Source: Spizellomyces punctatus DAOM BR117 (lineage: Eukaryota). Taken from it: DNA of 64,000 bases. Location of the stretch: the NCBI GenBank assembly GCA_000182565.2, contig KQ257452.1; one strand, written 5' to 3'. Below are positions 34,901 to 42,552 of the stretch, in pieces (the stretch's first letter is position 1; each line of letters opens with the position of its first letter). Below the pieces are notes generated by a model. It was not told where the DNA came from, ran no database searches, and saw only the letters and a list, made by a program, of their open reading frames with translations. Made by a program: the position numbers and the translations under genes.

Positions 34901-36540
34901 GCTATGTTGTCCCAGACTCGGTCCCAGCCCTGCGTGGGCGTGCGGGGGTCCTCTTCCTTGGTCACCGTGACCTTGGAAAGAGGTGCGGTCATCAAAATTG
35001 TTGATTCCGAGTGCTTGGGTGAATGAAAGAACCCGATGGTGTGGAATCCTTGATTAGCGGCTTCCGTTCTTTCCAGTTCCGAAGCCGAAAAAAGAGTTTC
35101 GGTGGTAGCGGACGTCGAGTCCAGCTCCACTATGTACGCCTTCTTCGATTCCTGTTTGGGTTTCCAACCTGAGGGCATGGGTGCTCCATATGGTCCTTTC
35201 TTTCCATCTTCAGGATCTTTTCGGTTCGGGTTCTGCCAGCAGAAAACATTCCAATGCTTTTTCTGACAGAATTTGCAGGGTGCCGGTGGTTCCTTGTTGG
35301 GGTCCGGAACCATCTTCTGAGGACCATCGCGACCCTTTTCGGGGTTTCCGGTTTTATGCGGAGCCGTCTGCTTAGGGCCTTTGTCGGTTCCGGTCTTTTG
35401 TGACTTCTTCTGAGCTTCTGCAGCACCGCTGTAGCAAGGGTCTCGTTTTCTGGTGTCATCAGAGCCGAAATAAAGGCGCAGGAAGTCTTTTAATTTGGTC
35501 AGGTTCGTGACGTTACAGGATTTGACCATGATTTGGATGTCGCTGGGCAATTGTTCGACTATTAGGTCGAAATGCTGGTCAGCGGGACATTCTATGTTTG
35601 CCCGGTCGCCATAAGCGAGGCGCCGGAGATGAGTTTTGTGGTCGATGAACGCGAGAAAGCTGCGAAATTCTTTGGGGTTCGCATGGCAGCGCACATATTC
35701 GGTTTTGCGCTTGGACTCGGTTAGGGGATCTCGGAACTCTCGAAGCAGTTCCTCTTTCCACCTTTTCCAGGTCCATGAGCGAGTTTCCTGGGCTTCCAGA
35801 GTGTAAAACCAAGCGTCAGCAGGGGTTTTCTCGGCTATCATGGCTGGTAGGAGCTGTACCATCCTGGCATCCGACGTTGCGCTAACGTTTTGAAGAAGTT
35901 GGACTTTGTTAAGCCATTCTTCAACGTCTTGGTTTCTTCTGCCCGTAAACTCGGGTACGTCCTTTGCTTTCAAGGAATCGACCTTGGTGTCGCTGGCCCA
36001 CGGGGCCGCTGGCACTTGGATTGGAGGCACCGCACCTGAAAAACTTGGTTCGGTACGCTCCCTTGGTGTGTCCGCCGTTTCCCACGGGGTTGCGGACCGT
36101 TCTCTTGTAGCTCGTGCTATGGGAGGTTGTTCAGGCAGCGGGCGATGCGCTAGGGCTTCTAAGGCTCGTGCGAGGCGCTCATCCGCCGCTGTCTGACGTT
36201 CGGAAAGCCTATGAAGCTGTTCCGTAAGGTTTTGAGTTGCCAACTGCGTTGCAGCAGTCGAGCGGGCAATGTCTTCTTTTAACGCTGCCACTTCAGAGGC
36301 CATCGTGGCCAAGTTAGGGGCTTCCGGTTCGACGGAAGTGGTCCCTGAACGCCTTGGGCGTGTTGCGGGAGGGACTTCGACGTCCTCCGCAGGACCCTGA
36401 CTACGAGTCTGGATCACAGGTGAGCGGCCTCGCGTTGGTGAGCGTTCGACCGGCATCATTCTCGGTTTCGTGAAGTTCTGTCTCCGAAACGAGAGAAAAG
36501 GTTTCCGAGTAGCTACCTGAGCGGATCTCGGTTTGCGCAA
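28981..36540 (-). CDS. Gag-Pol polyprotein, ~2500 aa, uninterrupted (first ATG ~36459)
   Basis: Gag knuckle CKFCQKKHWNVFC; protease LDTGA; RT PFGPKTAP/FVDD; RNase H LHSDAS; integrase H..H..CETC and DRDSKF; chromodomain FEVEAIVDHR..IRWSGY..DTWEP. Confidence 0.96.
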   Translation of the reverse strand: MRKPRSAQVATRKPFLSFRRQNFTKPRMMPVERSPTRGRSPVIQTRSQGPAEDVEVPPATRPRRSGTTSVEPEAPNLATMASEVAALKEDIARSTAATQLATQNLTEQLHRLSERQTAADERLARALEALAHRPLPEQPPIARATRERSATPWETADTPRERTEPSFSGAVPPIQVPAAPWASDTKVDSLKAKDVPEFTGRRNQDVEEWLNKVQLLQNVSATSDARMVQLLPAMIAEKTPADAWFYTLEAQETRSWTWKRWKEELLREFRDPLTESKRKTEYVRCHANPKEFRSFLAFIDHKTHLRRLAYGDRANIECPADQHFDLIVEQLPSDIQIMVKSCNVTNLTKLKDFLRLYFGSDDTRKRDPCYSGAAEAQKKSQKTGTDKGPKQTAPHKTGNPEKGRDGPQKMVPDPNKEPPAPCKFCQKKHWNVFCWQNPNRKDPEDGKKGPYGAPMPSGWKPKQESKKAYIVELDSTSATTETLFSASELERTEAANQGFHTIGFFHSPKHSESTILMTAPLSKVTVTKEEDPRTPTQGWDRVWDNIAIIWGTPQVALMMGNNPRALSFFAKEPKRGAGHLGNDPYAVAWSSHHLYIAAAAEADKDRILRKVREDGTPRLILLAWIKLDEREKFLMWSSEDPVIFDAYANLQLVAFLLTGNIVRSDYYYRRGNPKFRHVKDHPRLQRHEESERTRIVMLAIEQVARQNKTTKPQNDKTREHFESVIKATEATINDIAPHFEIAVPSINAFYSVDLGDVLKSQTKTQTQPCWTLAVIAQLWAPVVLDTGACESLISDTYQGLLFSETDLQDAETMAFNGIGGRISSTKTVCLETSLRGRGGEYLTFRAYFRVIAYGKPLIILANDVLGHLKLQTLVQEPPLPSFAVTLKNPDILIPCSITDELDTDHMRGTPYKTKQGEFMKDVSMPRLTKAKAQKSRLTMLITGQTRVAAQTFLIENPLDATAASTTAPLGLKLSTATHNSVADPEENISEEEWQTLRNKWNLNSTEKAPGAFEAQLKDAERFHVDLKRPKPVVWALINILRHFHQAFSYEGHLIGNYTKIPYAPRFISAPPPLSRPRSYSPLERTALETERDTMMGLQRWKRTTEVTFASDPVIIRYADKPPRVAFDYRRANDCMAWDPYPFPIMLDILNWIVAVPFRYISGGDANKGFYQIAITDTSVRKWLAIRLHDGIYEPLFMPFGPKTAPSHFCRVMDDTLGPSKWRNINNFVDDIHTRAETAAEALDAIADWLDRFSRAKLTLRLDKCQWLFHQLTALGFVASSQGLATDPDKVATIVDWPRPKFIGDLWSFVGLLGFYAQFIPRYAELVRPLQDAIQEGVREYRDLKKGRADPRKGAEKLNSPSMLDTAVAPTITATGARFEVSQHLKSSSSDLPAVNLRQSSLADLPIDPFCVGRLARKRPDQGLRRFVAKREVSWTDSRNSAFAAAKQALTTAPVLAAPRKGFPYTLHSDASYTAFNVTLEQLQPDASKRPLCYHSRGTTTSEKKAPPVELEAGCLIWGLGKLRPYLEGLPFTVITDHRALLWLAKYKGENRKLLRWALNLSYWSEWMTIVHKPGRFHIVADTLSRLLGAETLLCSTGTEIWVSERKGRRPRTPPAGPAPSSTLADAIFRLALQPALITAIRAGLTGPLHPIAQQARTLLWETSPDTYTTADTRFLQDWQRADNLLWHRFSVSEDLWRLYVPPACTPEVRKLFHEGGGHFGFERTYARAAAQVWWPKMAQDFRKHCAGCETCQRSKRVPQLIPGLLKPIPPAPGRWTVITTDFVTKLPLTSRGYDAFWLIACKCSKRIHVWPLKSTATAIQVAELFIERYVPLHGIPETIISDRDSKFTSRFWQEVCKNLKINQELTTAYHPQGDGQSERDNATVLQVLTTMVNTRLDDWDTFLPVAEFIINDTVHEATKMTRFRMDLGYEPHNPLADIVERPSETRNADAEELCKHLGDLNILIRDLMIEAQDSQKRYYDLSRRHLEFRRGDKVLLSTKNLAGYESKIAPKWLGPVTVTDCNPLRDNYELKLPDKMRRLHPWFHISKLRPYQKPVDAETEEKVAEAQAEDSDASDGEFEVEAIVDHRTRRGKRQFRIRWSGYPPHEDTWEPEEALTEASEALEEYWRSRAPTSALVEDSLVVSLAGDAPEDTAYASDHQCFAVYPDDSSRDNHALSPERKPVSRGLPHQSRTPHQASRSRLRASELSKSAGDDLKRTPLHAPPLFSSSTAHDLLPLHTHSASQTPSIDTETKTSISNTMNTDLRGQAGVSVPSTYMSGYPWEEDSGDFEAEGMLDRLGVAIATWVHSWVHQLRTNPNAPLQTPGHEFWLGVDAPKPYAVGQPLTNHIADPYSKATDGGEAAVGIVADAKKPGKRGRPAPCAAWLDRGVPQHEAGSRKTAPFTDWPNDDAHEFASAVIEAARTVLLRTANAAEASARLTRPRHHEHAEYHFRATNLKRAAETFTALYVTRTGPDVTPGTIVRTATDQIWFCCNVGGRASIIWVVNQDADEADPTDPVPTW

Positions 36541-36596
36541 GAGTTTCGGTACGACCGAATAAGGTTTTCAGCTGAATTTGAGAGGGGAAGGCGGTT

Positions 36597-36614
36597 CGTC
36601 GCGCTTCTCCACCA
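36597..36614 (-). other. Primer-binding site, probably tRNA-Ala
   Basis: Minus strand TGGTGGAGAAGCGCG directly after the 5' LTR, complementary to a ...UCUCCACCA tRNA end. Confidence 0.75.
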
Positions 36615-37214
36615 TGTAACGGATTTTTTGTTGGTAGACTACGGTAAAGACGACTTGGGTCTCCTAGCAGGTTATGTGGGTGGCCGTACTAGGAATCATA
36701 GTCTCCGAATCCTTTCTTTGGGCGTCGGTAGCGACTTGGGGGCGAGAGGCAAGGAGAGTCGGTTAGTTGTGAACCGAGCAGGATTTAGAGGCTTCGGTAC
36801 GGGTGATCAGGCCGTTGAAGCGCTCTGTTAGGTTCCTGTTAACCTAAGATTGGAGTTGAGAAGCGAGTTATGGGGATTTTGTGTCGCTACGGCTTCTGCC
36901 CCCGACTTATTTTATTGAATACATCCTTTTTATACAAGATTCTTGGATAAACTGTTAAACTAAACTAAACTAATGGGTGTCGCTGCACCGCAACTGATTT
37001 ATTGGTGGCGGTACCGATCTCTTCCTTTTCCGCACTGGCTCGGGCCTCCACAGGTTGTACGAGGCACGCTGAAATCTAATGCGCCAATTGCCATTCTCCG
37101 AACCGGTTTTTTCGGTCGCGGTAACCCAATCGGTGGAGTTGGTCACGCGATTCGTGCTTCCCGCGTCCGATTTGGGCTTACTCGCGATCTCTCGAAGACG
37201 TCCTCGTCGTTACA
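36615..37214 (-). repeat. 5' LTR (600 bp)
   Basis: TGTAACG...CGTTACA with perfect 7-bp terminal inverted repeats. Confidence 0.95.
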
Positions 37215-37440
37215 TTAGGATGACATGTATGAGTTCTGATTGGTTGCAAATGGTGCAATAGGCTGACAAATAGTTTAGGATGATGTGGGTGAGATCTGAT
37301 TGGGTAGTTAGGATATAGCATTTGTCAGCCCCTTTGTCTATAAAAAGAGGACCTCTCTGAGGCCGCTCAAAGGGAGAACAAGTAGTAACCAAGTCTTCCC
37401 TAGTTTTCTGTTGTCTTCTTGTCCCTGCTAGCCTGTTACA
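37215..37440 (+). mobile_element. Truncated LTR of a second, unrelated retroelement family
   Basis: Two CTGATTGG boxes, 11-bp inverted repeat GGCTGACAAAT/ATTTGTCAGCC, TATAAAAAG, and an end ...TGTTACA exactly where Fanzor homology begins. Confidence 0.6.
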
Positions 37441-38328
37441 TACCTGCTTGTCAAGCAGAGAATGTTGTCGTTATCAACCCAAACAAGTGCAACATTCTCT
37501 ACTGCCAGGACAGCAATGGTACAACATTTTGCTACACCACAAACCAGCAAGCCATGGAGACAGGCAGCTGTCGGCAGCAAAAGGAACGACAGCAGATGAA
37601 GAAGGAAGCGGGAATGGACATCATAGAATCATGAATACCATCTCACAAGACAATGAACCTCAGGGACTTCACTCACTACCTTCTCATTCACTGCGCAGAT
37701 TCAGATCATCACAAGGAATTCTACTCCCATCCCGCCCACACATGGTGGAAGTGGCATTCCTTCATCAGTCAGCAGCGAAGCGAATCAGACCTCATAAGTG
37801 CCATGCACAACAAATACAGTGAAAACTTTACCATTGTGATGGGTGATTGGAGCAATGCCGGTTGAACTGCGAGATTTCAGACCTCATCAAAGATGAAAGG
37901 TTGGCACACCCTGTTCAAGCGCAACCACATTGATTGTTTTCTTCTTGATGAACACAAGACCTCATCTGTTTGCCCTCACTGTTCATCCTCTGAGTTTGTC
38001 GAGAAAGAATTCAAAGAACAACCTCATTCAAGACCTTGGCACCATCACGAAGGCAAGATGGAAAAAGTCCACGGATTGCTGGGTTGTACCAACCCTAACT
38101 GTTTGCAGCAAGCCTGGACGATGCGCTACTGGAACCGAGATATGCTGGCAACCTTTAATATGCTGACAATCGTGCAATCAATGTTGGATGGGCACGGTAG
38201 ACCAGAGGTGTTCAGCAGGGGTGTTCCAGCCGTAGCGTAGATTGGTTAGATTAGCTTATCCGAACTGGTTGTCGCCGGTTCAATTCCTGGTGCGGGTGCT
38301 AGTGCCAATACCCATCGGCTCCGCACTA
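37441..38328 (+). mobile_element. Fanzor1 element (Spu-1-like), 5'-truncated and heavily mutated, right end intact
   Basis: PACQAENVVVINPNK..VMGDWS..LDEHKTSSVCPHC..GLLGCTNPNC..WNRD..PAVA* (stop at 38240); TGA at 37632 and 37863; end ...GGCTCCGCAC-TA. Confidence 0.9.
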
Positions 38329-38343
38329 TGAGCAGCATACACA
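38254..38343 (+). ncRNA. Fanzor omegaRNA (scaffold to 38328 plus guide TGAGCAGCATACACA...)
   Basis: Near-identical to the reverse complement of 12391-12465; RNA ends inferred. Confidence 0.72.
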
Positions 38344-38419
38344 GATTGCCTTGTTCAACAACAGGTGGAATACCAAAATCAAAAGCACAATTTTCCTGCT
38401 GCAGTGGCATTAACAATTG

Positions 38420-39994
38420 CTATACAATCTCAAACGCCAGCTGGATGGGACTCTTCAAACCAAACAAGCCCTCTGAATAATACATCAAATCCGCAATGTG
38501 GAGAGCATTCATCAGTTCCTTTCCTGCGTAGAAATCCTTGCATCGCTTCCACAGAGCCCTAATTTCGGGGGTAGCTTCATGAATTCGACAATGCTCGATG
38601 TTGAGGTAATCAAGACGATCCAGACATAAGTGCACCGGTACCAGGGCTTCAGCAGTTAGACCTTGGCAATCGTAAAGGCACAAGCGCTCTAGACGCCGAC
38701 AGCTGGTTGCAATGCGTGAAACTCCCGTATTTGTGACATTAGGAGATGAGAATATTCCTAGCTCCACAAGGTTGGGAAGGTATTTAGAGATGGATATGAG
38801 TGAAGCGTCGGTTATGTGGCGAAGAAGAGCCAGGGTGAGACCCGTAAGGTTACGACAGTGGGTAGCGAGGGTATAAATGGAAGGGTCACGAATATGCTCG
38901 CTGAGCCCGATGGTAAGCTGTGTGAGTCGAGTGCCGATATTGTGTGCAATATACTCGATCGTCGCATTCGTACACTAGAGATATTGCCATATGTCAGGGA
39001 GAGTCATACGAGTGAAGATTGGACGTGGGGCTTACCTGTCTACAATCAAGTAACGACAAGTCCGTTAATTGGGGACAGGATTTTAGCAGTCCAGCTATTG
39101 TATCGTCGCGGAGCATGTCACAGTGCTGAATCCATATTCGTTCCACGTTTGGAAGAGCAGACAAGGCCCGCACTAATCCAGGCCCCGTCACCTCAGGAGA
39201 AAGTGTTAAGGATATGTTCTTCACATTCGGTCGGAGCTCAGGAAACATCTCTCGGAGAGCTTCATCATTCAGAGTCCGAATTCCCGTCAAGTCCATTTGT
39301 TCCAATGATAAACATCGCACAACGATCCTCCCTATTCCATGGGCAGTGGCCCTCTGACATCGTTCGACATTGAGAACCCGCAGGCTGGGACAAGCCTCAG
39401 CAATGCTTATCAACATCCGATCTGTGACGTTATCGGCAATGTCCGACAGATGCAATGTCCTGACAAAACTTCCATACACTATCGGACATGGAACGCTCCG
39501 AAGAACACGCCGTCGAATGGGTGACACTGCAGTATCCGAGACGTTTCCGCCACGCCGTAAGACGTACAGGAAGTCTTGCCAAGTGTCTGGTCGCAGCGGA
39601 GGTTTGCGCTATACAGATAACAAATGGGTTGGTCTTAAACTCTGGCTTTAGGCCCTGTCATTCCCATACCACCTACCCAAAGCAGTCGGACTGCAGCATG
39701 GAACCATGCCCGGTTGACTCTCGCTGGACTAAGAAGGTCACGCTCTGACCCTACTCGGACAAGAAAGTTAAGGATATGATTCAAAAGCTCTGGTGCCAAC
39801 GTCGCAGCCAGTGCGGGGAATGTCCCAGTTGTATGCGGCTGGCACGGCTCCCGCATTTTCGCTTTTGAGCGCCGTTTGTTGTGCTTGTGCGTTGGGCTTT
39901 CTGGACGGCTTGAAGCAGATAGCGGTGACTGTATGAGTTCCGGTGCAGCAGCAAGAAGGCGCTCTCGCCTGCGCAGACCAGCCGACGACGACAT
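38420..39994 (-). CDS. F-box/LRR-repeat protein (multi-exon)
   Basis: F-box LAPELLNHILNFL..ARVNRAW; cysteine-containing LRRs (IAEACPSLRVLNVERC, SCRRLERLCLYDC). Confidence 0.85.
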
Positions 39995-40209
39995 TTTCTT
40001 AATGCCGCAAACTATTTCCTACGGTGCCTTGCCAGCTTAACGCGTCCAAAAACTTGCAACAAAGAGATCGCACGGGGCAAAGCCTGCAGCGATCAGTCAC
40101 CAGCAACAGTCCTTCCTCCCCAGCAGGCCCGGCTCATCACTTCCACATTCTTTCGCAGGCTTCTGGCCGACTCGCTGTGCCTTGTTCAGCGCACTAGCCC
40201 CAGCACAAC

Positions 40210-42448
40210 ATGTCACCACCGTTGAACGAATCTACCAACAGTCTCGCTGGGAGTCACTTATTCGGAAGCAGTGAAGGGCTTACTGGACGGGATCTCGAGA
40301 ATGGAGGCATATGGGCGTCCATCCTAAAGAGCGTATCATCTTCAAAGACCGTCCAGTCAAAGAATGTCCTGGTCATTGGTAAATGACTGTGCTCTACAGA
40401 TCACACACTTGGATGCTACCCACTAGCTGACCCAAACCATTCATGCCTCAGGGGCTCCACAATCGGGGAAGACAACCCTTATCAACAGCATTCGTCAGCA
40501 AACAGTGGCCACTCAGGAAGTGGACGAGGAAGACACAGGGTTAGCGCTGTCCTACTCATACACGGAGGTCGCGGACGAAGAGCATGAAGGTTAGTTCCGG
40601 GCGGTGGTGGGCGTAGTTGAGATCGCTAACCCGCTACTACTGTTGCAAAACATAGACATTGTCGCCAGGATAGGCTTCTACCATTTAGCGAGTGAGACGG
40701 CGTTTGGAAACCTCTTCCGTTTTGCATTGAAAGCGGACACATTAGCGGATAGTTTGGTTATTCTGGTTCTTGATTGGGCTCGGCCATGGACGTTTCTCAA
40801 AACATTGGAAGATTGGCTTAGCATTCTGGAGAAGCACATTGCCACATTGGAAGAGCGGAATCCCGAACTGCTCGAGGAGCTGAAAGACCGAGGTGCGTGA
40901 TGCAAAGATTCTTCGCTTTTGGAGGGGGCTGGGCAGAATCGCTCATCGTGGTGAGAATGGACTATAGGTCAGGCCTATGTACGCAATTACGCTGAGCCGC
41001 TAGATCAAACGACTCTATCGGGCAAAGAGGGAGTGGAAGGAAAGCATGCGGGAGGCGTTGGTCCTCAGCACTCGGTAGCATTGCCATTAGGTTCCGGAAC
41101 ATTGACTAAGAATCTCGGCATACCCATTGTTGTAGTAGCTGCCAAGGTAATTGTCTGTCGTCTATCATCTTCTCATCTTCACTTAACGGGAAACTTTTCG
41201 CTGCAGTCGGATGCCACCTTTTTGCTGGAACGGGAGCGGGATTACAAGGAGGAGCAGTTCGATTTTATACAACAAAGCCTGCGAACCATCTGTTTGAAAT
41301 GTAAGTATCGCTATGCTCTTGTAATGGTTTACCATTTTTGTTTACGGTGAAATATTTTCTCTCTCACAGACGGAGCCGCCCTTTTTTACACATCCACCCA
41401 TCGACAGCAAACACTTGAAGATCTCCGAACGTATGTTATCCATCGACTGCTCGGACCGCCGAGCACAGCAGGGGCACCAGTATCTGCACAATCTGCCGCA
41501 AATCCTTTCGTCTCCAGTCTGCGGGCACAGGTTGTCGATCGGGATACTGTATTTGTTCCCAGCGGGTGGGACAGTTGGGGGAAGATCAAGGTCCTAAGGG
41601 ACGGGTTCAATTGTAGTGCCATGGCTGGGGAAGCAAATAACGACGGAGATGTTAAGGACGGAGGCTTGTCCAGTGCCCGCGCCTTGTATGAGAGCGTAAT
41701 AGTCAACCCGTTCACGGAAGCGGTAAGAGCCGCACTAGCAGTCTTGTGCGAACTAGAAGCTTCGTACGTACTAACTGTTCCCAATAGGCTTTCTCCGTGG
41801 AACCCATAGTAACTGCAGAGAGTGAGCAATCATTCTTGGAAAGACAACTGGAACTTTTGCAAAATGCGGCTCGATCGCCACAGTCGCCACATGTAAGCCC
41901 TGCATCGCCTGCAGGCGGGGACCCAAGCGCGGCTTTGAAAGCTCGGCTTGGTGGAGCGCAAGTGACTTCGTCCGCTAATTCTCTAGAAGATGTCGCGTCC
42001 AAGGTGGCCAAGTTGACAAAAGCCAAGGTATGTTGATCGCTTCATCCCGTTGCAAAACTGGACCATGGTCCAGATGAGGCATCGTCTGACGACAAACGAC
42101 TCTTCCTAGGAACAAAGTGCACTAGCCGCATCGCGTGACAAAATAAAATCTCCCACTGGTGACATTCCATTGCCAGCAAGTCTTATATCTTCAACCGCGG
42201 TATCGCGGGCAGCTGGTGCTCTTGGGGCTGGAAGTGGACCACCCGCAAGTCAAAACGAGGTGCTCGCCAATTTCTTCCAATCTTTACTGGCCAAAAAGAC
42301 CACCGTTCCTGCTGCACCTGCGGTCGGCACGTCCTCCCCCGCCAGCGTTCCAAGCCGAACTTCACCGGCAGGGTCCGTTGAGAATGCGGGGGCTGCTGCG
42401 GCCGACAAATCAAAAAGTGCTCCTTCGTCAGGAGACACCGGTAAATGA
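40210..42448 (+). CDS. DYNC1LI: Cytoplasmic dynein 1 light intermediate chain
   Basis: IWASILKSV, SGKTTLI, NLGIPIVVV, EEQFDFIQQSLR, FVPSGWDSWGKI, C-terminal EVLANFFQSLL. Confidence 0.9.
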
Positions 42449-42552
42449 TAATCTACTGTCTTTCGTGGGCTTCTTCATTTTACAGTGCCAGAGATGAAGG
42501 TAACTATATATTCATATGTAATTGTAAACTATTGTACAAAATGTGACTGGTA

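Larger units (their letters stand above)
28324..37214 (-). mobile_element. Full-length Ty3/Gypsy chromovirus LTR retrotransposon (8891 bp)
   Basis: Two 600-bp TG...CA LTRs, PBS, PPT, single gag-pol ORF in PR-RT-RH-IN-chromodomain order. Confidence 0.97.

Noticed and set aside
38226-38300. Genuine tRNA gene at the Fanzor end
   Set aside because: A/B boxes are present, but acceptor and anticodon stems do not pair convincingly
12391-38328. The two Fanzors as recent, identical viral TIRs
   Set aside because: They differ by many substitutions and several codon indels (QDWTSRMRY vs QAWTMRY; MKAGGID vs MKKEAGMD)
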